From contig CAVKHV010000001.1 of assembly GCA_963656085.1 (NCBI GenBank), positions 1-62,509 of the forward strand: 62,509 nt of DNA, in the 5' to 3' direction. Numbering within the stretch: position 1 is the first letter of the stretch; every line of letters begins with the position of its first letter. This document shows, in pieces, positions 57,414 through 62,509 of the stretch. This DNA comes from Agathobacter sp. (GTDB lineage: Bacteria; Bacillota; Clostridia; Oscillospirales; Acutalibacteraceae). The notes under the pieces are model-generated. The model worked only from the letters and a program-made list of their open reading frames with translations. It was not told the origin of the DNA and searched no databases. A program made the translations under genes and the position numbers.

Positions 57414-58765
57414 AAAAAATCAGCCGCCGCGCACTTGTTTGCTTGATATTGTGCGCCGTTATGCTTGCCGGAACTGCCCTTTTTTGCGTAGAATGGGCGG
57501 TCTCCGGAAAGGATTGGGCAACAGCGGATTTTAACCGCGATATCTATAAAAACGGATTGCCGTCAAAAGGCCGCGTGCTGGACCGTGACGGCGCGGTGCT
57601 AAGCGATGTGGACGGTGAGGGCAACCGCCGCTATTCGGATGATGTAACGGTGCGTAAAGCCACCCTGCACGCCGTGGGCGACAGGCACGGCAACATTTCA
57701 ATCGGCGCTCTGCACGCCTATTCAACCGACCTGATAGGCTACAGCCGCATAACAGGACTTAACAGCGGTAACGGCAACGACCTTTACCTGACGATTAATT
57801 CAAATTGGAATAAAACCGCTTATAAGGCGCTCGGTAACCGTAAGGGTACTGTTTTTGTTTATAATTACAAAACGGGCGAGATACTTTGTATGGTATCCAC
57901 CCCGGCGTATGACCCCGATAACGAACCTGCCGACCTCACAACTAATGAGAAATATGAAGGCGTGTTCCTTAACCGCGCAATATCGGGACTTTATACGCCC
58001 GGCTCAACCATGAAAACCGTCACTATGGCGGCTGCTCTTGAAAAAATTGACGATATGGAAAACCGCACCTGGCTTTGCGAAAAGAAATTTGCTATAGGTA
58101 CGGATTATGTCACCTGCGCCGGTAAGCACGGGACGCTTTCTTCAAGCGACGCGCTTGTCCATTCCTGCAACGCCGCATTCGCGCAAATTACGCTTGAACT
58201 CGGCAAACCTACGCTTAAAGAATATTTTGAAAAAGCAGGACTCACTTCTTCATATGATGTAAACGGCGTGGCTTCCGCCAAAGGTTCGCTCGGCGACCCT
58301 GCAAACGATATGCAGCTTGCCTGGTCAGGTATAGGTCAGGCGGATGTGCTTGTAAATCCGCTCGGAATGGCGGTTTATATGGGTGCGGTTGCAAACGGCG
58401 GTAAATCGGCGGTTCCGCAGCTTATATATAAAATCACCAATGATTCGGGCAGAACGGTGTCAAAACTCTCTGCCGAAACAACAGGCACCCTTATAGAAAA
58501 AGAAACCGCCGAAAAACTTTCGGAAATGATGCGCCAAGCCGTTACAAAGGAATACGGCACAGGGCTTTTCCCGAACCTTGACGCTTGTGCGAAATCCGGC
58601 ACTGCCGAAGTCGCAAACGATTCTGAGGACGCGTTGTTTGTGGGATTTTTAAAAAATGAGGAATATCCGTATGCATTTGCGGTAGTGGTTGAAAACGGGG
58701 GCAGCGGCACCGCTGTCGCCGGGCACATCGCATCTGCGGTTATTAAAGAAATGACAGGGAATTAA
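57410..58765 (+). CDS. Class B penicillin-binding protein (PbpA/PBP2-like transpeptidase)
   Basis: SxxK (GSTMK), SxN (HSCN) and KSGT motifs. The start overlaps the stop of the SEDS gene by 4 nt. Confidence 0.85.
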   Translation: MKKISRRALVCLILCAVMLAGTALFCVEWAVSGKDWATADFNRDIYKNGLPSKGRVLDRDGAVLSDVDGEGNRRYSDDVTVRKATLHAVGDRHGNISIGALHAYSTDLIGYSRITGLNSGNGNDLYLTINSNWNKTAYKALGNRKGTVFVYNYKTGEILCMVSTPAYDPDNEPADLTTNEKYEGVFLNRAISGLYTPGSTMKTVTMAAALEKIDDMENRTWLCEKKFAIGTDYVTCAGKHGTLSSSDALVHSCNAAFAQITLELGKPTLKEYFEKAGLTSSYDVNGVASAKGSLGDPANDMQLAWSGIGQADVLVNPLGMAVYMGAVANGGKSAVPQLIYKITNDSGRTVSKLSAETTGTLIEKETAEKLSEMMRQAVTKEYGTGLFPNLDACAKSGTAEVANDSEDALFVGFLKNEEYPYAFAVVVENGGSGTAVAGHIASAVIKEMTGN

Positions 58766-58778
58766 ACAGGTTGGGCTT

Positions 58779-59507
58779 ATGGAACGTAAAACCGGCAAAT
58801 CAAAAATCAAGAAATATTTTATAGCCGCCCTGGCTGTCCTTGCGCTGGCGGCAGTTCTCGTCATATGCTATAAAAGCGTGCAGCCTGTAATCAAATTTAT
58901 TCTTGACAGGGATAAAATACGCGCCTGGGTCGATAAATGGGGTTTTCTTTCAAAACCGGCATTTATCGCAATGGTAATAATCCAGGTTGTGATCGCTTTC
59001 ATCCCGGGCGAACCTTTTGAAATAGCGGCAGGATACGCGTTCGGCGTGTTTGAAGGGGCGCTTTTGTGCCTTATCGGCATAACTGTCGGCAGTATTATCG
59101 TGTTTTGGATTGTCAGGCGGTTCGGCACGCGCGCCATTAATTTTTTCTTTGCCAGCCGCGATACCAATAAGTTGAGTTTTCTGCACGAAAAGCGAAAACT
59201 TAACAGTCTTGTCTTCATTCTTATGTTAATTCCGGGCACGCCTAAGGACTTAATTTCATATTTTGTCGGTCTTACCGACATTAAGTTTTCAACGTGGGTG
59301 CTTATCGTCGTGATTGCGCGCATACCGTCCGTGATAACATCAACGCTCGGCGGTTCAACCGTGAGCGGCGGAAACACCCGGCTTACCGCTATTATCTTCG
59401 CGGTTACGATTGCAATAAGCGCGGCAGGGTTGATCTGCTATAATTATATTTGCAAGAAAAATGAAACAGGGTCGGGTGAGGACGGTAAAAGCGGCAAAGA
59501 TGAATAA
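58779..59507 (+). CDS. TVP38/TMEM64 (DedA-related) family membrane protein
   Basis: FIPGEPFEIAAGYAFG and LIPGTPKDLISYFVGLT motifs. Confidence 0.7.
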   Translation: MERKTGKSKIKKYFIAALAVLALAAVLVICYKSVQPVIKFILDRDKIRAWVDKWGFLSKPAFIAMVIIQVVIAFIPGEPFEIAAGYAFGVFEGALLCLIGITVGSIIVFWIVRRFGTRAINFFFASRDTNKLSFLHEKRKLNSLVFILMLIPGTPKDLISYFVGLTDIKFSTWVLIVVIARIPSVITSTLGGSTVSGGNTRLTAIIFAVTIAISAAGLICYNYICKKNETGSGEDGKSGKDE

Positions 59508-60411
59508 AATTACAGGTTTAATCGGCAAAACGGTTGCAATTACCGGTGCAACCGGCGGATTGGGTCGAGAAATATGCAAGACGGTTGTTTCGCTCGGCGC
59601 GGACATTGTGTTAATAGACCGTGACGCCCGAAAATCCTCGGTTCTGCAACGCGAACTTACAAAGGTGCGTGACGGCGTCACTGTGCACAGAGCGGAACTT
59701 GACCTTTCACACCCCGAGCAAATAAAGAATGCGGCGAAAAGAATTGCCGCATATTCTCCGGATTACCTGATACTTAATGCGGGAGTTTATCATCTGCCGC
59801 GGTATAAATGTATCGGGAATATCGACAATGTGTTTATGATAAATTTTTTGTCGCACTATTTGCTTGTCCGGGCGCTTTTGCCCGAACTTCGCAAGGCAAA
59901 CGCCAAGGTGGTTGCAGTCGGCAGTATCGCTCATAATTATTCCCGAACCAATGAAAATGACGTTGATTTTTCGGGCAGAACGTCATCCGCTTTGGTCTAC
60001 GGTAATTCAAAACGGTACCTGATGTTCGCCCTTTCGGAACTTTTGAAAAAAGAACCGCGCGTGTCGTTTACAATAGCCCACCCCGGCATTACCTTTACCG
60101 GGATAACCGACCATTATCCGCCGGCGGTTTTTGCCGTTATCAAGCACCCAATGAAGGTTATTTTTCCGCCGCCCCGCGTTGCGGCGCAGAATATTGTGTA
60201 CGGGATGTTTGACTCTACCGAGAAAAACGAGTGGATAGGGCCGAGATATTTTAATATCTGGGGGCGACCCGAAAAACATCGGTTGACCACCTGCCCGGAA
60301 GACGAGAGGCGAAGAATTTTTAAAAATGCCGAGTTGCTTGCCGACCGTCTGGAATGTGAAACAGGCCTAAAATCCGACGAAAATAACGCCGAAAAATTGA
60401 ATAAAAAGTAA
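59500..60411 (+). CDS. Short-chain dehydrogenase/reductase family oxidoreductase
   Basis: Start chosen at MNKITGLIGKTVAITGATGGLG (TGxxxGxG). NAG and YGNSK (YxxxK) motifs are present. The gene overlaps the upstream stop. Confidence 0.8.
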   Translation: MNKITGLIGKTVAITGATGGLGREICKTVVSLGADIVLIDRDARKSSVLQRELTKVRDGVTVHRAELDLSHPEQIKNAAKRIAAYSPDYLILNAGVYHLPRYKCIGNIDNVFMINFLSHYLLVRALLPELRKANAKVVAVGSIAHNYSRTNENDVDFSGRTSSALVYGNSKRYLMFALSELLKKEPRVSFTIAHPGITFTGITDHYPPAVFAVIKHPMKVIFPPPRVAAQNIVYGMFDSTEKNEWIGPRYFNIWGRPEKHRLTTCPEDERRRIFKNAELLADRLECETGLKSDENNAEKLNKK

Positions 60412-60416
60412 AATCA

Positions 60417-60449
60417 GCCGCACCGCGACAAATTTTGTCGCGGTGCGGC
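60417..60449. terminator. Bidirectional terminator between the SDR gene and fhs
   Basis: Perfect 15-bp stem GCCGCACCGCGACAA / TTGTCGCGGTGCGGC, with A-rich sequence on the left and T-rich sequence on the right. Confidence 0.7.
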
Positions 60450-60499
60450 GTTGCTGTTTTAATAATATACAAAATATATGAATTCAGCCTGATATAAAA

Positions 60500-62170
60500 T
60501 CAGAAAAGTCCGGTTATCTTTCCGTTTTCATCTATGTCTATCCGCTCTGCCGCAGGGGATTTAGGCAATCCCGGCATTGTGAGGATATTTCCGGTCAATA
60601 CAACTAAAAATCCTGCGCCTGCCGAAACTTTCACGTTTTTAACCGTTACTTTAAATCCGTCGGGCGCACCGAGACGCGTCGGGTCGTCCGAAAAACTGTA
60701 CTGCGTTTTGGCGATGCAGACGGGCAGCTTGCCGAATCCGAGTTCGGTAAGTTCCTTTATCTGCTTCTGCGCCGCAGATTCAACAATAATACCGTCGCCG
60801 CCGTAGACCTTTTGTACTACGGCTTTGATTTTATCTTCAATTGAATCGTTAAGGCTGTAGGCAAAGTGCATTTTCGGCTTTTTACCGTCGCATATACGCA
60901 CTACTTCGCGCGCAAGTTCCTCGCCGCCGCGCCCTCCGTCCGCCCAGACGGTGGAAAGCACGGTGTTTACGCCTGCGGCACGGCATTTTTCGGTTATAAG
61001 CGCAATTTCCGCGTCGCTGTCGGTCGGGAAGCGGTTTATTGCGGCAACACACGGCAGTCCGTAAACCTCGGTTATGTTGCGTATGTGCCGCATAAGGTTC
61101 GGCAACCCCATTTGCAGTGCCGCAAGATTTTCCGCGTCAAGTTCGTTTTTGGCAAGTCCGCCGTGCATCTTGAGAGCGCGCACCGTTGCAACCACCACAA
61201 CCGCGTCGGGTATGAGTCCTGCCGCGCGGCATTTTATGTCAAGGAATTTTTCGGCACCCAAATCTGCGCCGAACCCTGCTTCGGTTACGGCGTAATCGCC
61301 CATTTTCAGGGCGAGTCGCGTTGCAATTACCGAGTTGCACCCGTGCGCTATGTTGGCAAACGGACCGCCGTGGACAAATGCAGGCGTTCCTTCAAGCGTC
61401 TGCACAAGATTGGGCTTCACCGCGTCTTTAAGCAGTGCCGCCATTGCGCCTGCGGCTTTAAGCCGGCCGCAGGTTACGGGCTCGCCGCTGCGTGAATATC
61501 CTACGACCATTCTTGAAAGGCGTTCCTTTAAATCGGAAATAGAAGAAGAAAGGCAGAGCACAGCCATTATTTCGCTTGCAACGGTGATGTCAAATCCGTC
61601 CTCGCGCGGCACACCGTTAGCCTTACCGCCCAGCCCGTCAACAATAAATCTCAGTTGACGGTCATTCATATCAACGCACCGTTTCCAGCTTATGCGGCGC
61701 ACATCTATATCAAGCGCGTTGCCCTGCTGAATGTGGTTGTCAAGCATTGCTGCAAGCAAATTGTTTGCCGCACCGATTGCGTGAAAATCGCCCGTGAAAT
61801 GCAGGTTAATATCCTCCATAGGCACAACTTGGGCATATCCGCCGCCTGCCGCGCCGCCCTTTATGCCGAAAACGGGACCGAGCGACGGCTCGCGCAGCGC
61901 CGCTGCCGAGTTTTTACCGATGCGTCGCAATCCGTCCGCCAAACCGATTGTCGTCGTCGTTTTGCCCTCGCCCGCAGGGGTCGGCGTCATCGCAGTTACA
62001 AGTATCAGTTTTCCGTCGGGTCTTTCGCATTCGCGCATAAGCGAAAGGTTAATTTTTGCCTTGTATTTGCCGTAATATTCAAGATATTTTTCGTCAATTC
62101 CGCAATTTCTCGCTATTTCGGATATCGGTTTCATTTTACAGGACTGCGCTATTTCAATATCGGTTTTCAT
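60500..62170 (-). CDS. fhs: Formate--tetrahydrofolate ligase
   Basis: 556 aa. [16 protein letters not shown], and full-length FTHFS pattern. Confidence 0.95.
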   Translation of the reverse strand: MKTDIEIAQSCKMKPISEIARNCGIDEKYLEYYGKYKAKINLSLMRECERPDGKLILVTAMTPTPAGEGKTTTTIGLADGLRRIGKNSAAALREPSLGPVFGIKGGAAGGGYAQVVPMEDINLHFTGDFHAIGAANNLLAAMLDNHIQQGNALDIDVRRISWKRCVDMNDRQLRFIVDGLGGKANGVPREDGFDITVASEIMAVLCLSSSISDLKERLSRMVVGYSRSGEPVTCGRLKAAGAMAALLKDAVKPNLVQTLEGTPAFVHGGPFANIAHGCNSVIATRLALKMGDYAVTEAGFGADLGAEKFLDIKCRAAGLIPDAVVVVATVRALKMHGGLAKNELDAENLAALQMGLPNLMRHIRNITEVYGLPCVAAINRFPTDSDAEIALITEKCRAAGVNTVLSTVWADGGRGGEELAREVVRICDGKKPKMHFAYSLNDSIEDKIKAVVQKVYGGDGIIVESAAQKQIKELTELGFGKLPVCIAKTQYSFSDDPTRLGAPDGFKVTVKNVKVSAGAGFLVVLTGNILTMPGLPKSPAAERIDIDENGKITGLF

Positions 62171-62198
62171 ATTGCAGAAACTCCTTTTATTATATATT

Positions 62199-62509
62199 TT
62201 ATACGCTGAGTTCCGATTGTATTTCGCCCTTGTATCTTTCGGTTATCGGGGCGGCAACGTCACGCAAAAATTCGGTAACCTGCTGCGGCGCGCGGCCTAC
62301 GTATTTTACGGGGTCGAGCTGCGACTCTATTTCCTCGCGTGTGATGGGGAAATCGGGGTCGTCCGCTATGCGGTCTATCAGGTCGTTGGGTTTGCCCTCA
62401 AGTTTAACGGCAGCCGCCGCGGCGTGTGAATGGCGGCGCAGTTTTTCGTGCAGTTGCTGCCTGTCGCCGCCCCGTTTTACACATTCCATCATAATATTTT
62501 CGGTTGCCA
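62199..62509 (-). CDS. purB: Adenylosuccinate lyase, C-terminal part (gene continues beyond the window)
   Basis: The C-terminal ASL domain pattern is ...[22 protein letters not shown]...[10 protein letters not shown]. The reading frame is open to the window edge. Confidence 0.85.
   Translation of the reverse strand, partial: ATENIMMECVKRGGDRQQLHEKLRRHSHAAAAAVKLEGKPNDLIDRIADDPDFPITREEIESQLDPVKYVGRAPQQVTEFLRDVAAPITERYKGEIQSELSV

Noticed and set aside
60534-62209. Several + strand ORFs (60534..60806, 60866..61495, 61335..61658, 61655..62209).
   Set aside because: All are antisense to the full-length, highly conserved formate-tetrahydrofolate ligase gene.

Overview
This 62.5-kb window comes from a low-to-mid G+C Firmicute. 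It is probably a Clostridia / Ruminococcus-like anaerobe, judged from the cohesin and dockerin modules, the ECF transporter, the riboswitches and the consensus sigma-A promoters. All calls rest on reading the ORF translations and the DNA by eye; no database search was run.

**Positions 1-9360: decayed right arm of a siphovirus-type prophage.** By eye it is more G+C-rich than the rest (not computed).
- A 1527-aa tape measure protein.
- A self-contained higBA toxin-antitoxin cassette with its own consensus promoter and terminator.
- A chimeric ORF joining a distal-tail-protein N-terminus to endolysin-type cell-wall-binding domains.
- A complete 2688-bp IS21-family element with a 6-bp target duplication and a frameshifted istA.

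**Positions 9356-62509: chromosome.**
- Housekeeping genes: pyk, rpe, eno, pnp, rpsO, metK, fhs, purB (partial), acpS, maf and nnrD.
- tRNA-Ser(GGA), an FMN riboswitch in front of ribU and a SAM-I riboswitch in front of metK.

**Two accessory loci stand out.**
- 14.5-19.9 kb is a free-standing tyrosine phospho-signalling module. It has two tandem Wzz-BY-kinase fusions, two anchored DUF5011/Ig-like proteins and a CpsB phosphatase, with no glycosyltransferase, flippase or polymerase genes nearby.
- 22.7-44.4 kb is a glycan-utilisation locus. It contains a GH94-like phosphorylase, an orphan AraC-type response regulator, a GLUG surface protein and a CUT1 ABC importer. It also contains a membrane-anchored cohesin-like protein and a roughly 2225-aa dockerin-bearing protein.

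**Best candidate for an undescribed element.** A 116-nt, extremely G+C-rich, mismatch-free multi-hairpin structure lies at 44490-44605, between that locus and the tRNA-Ser promoter.
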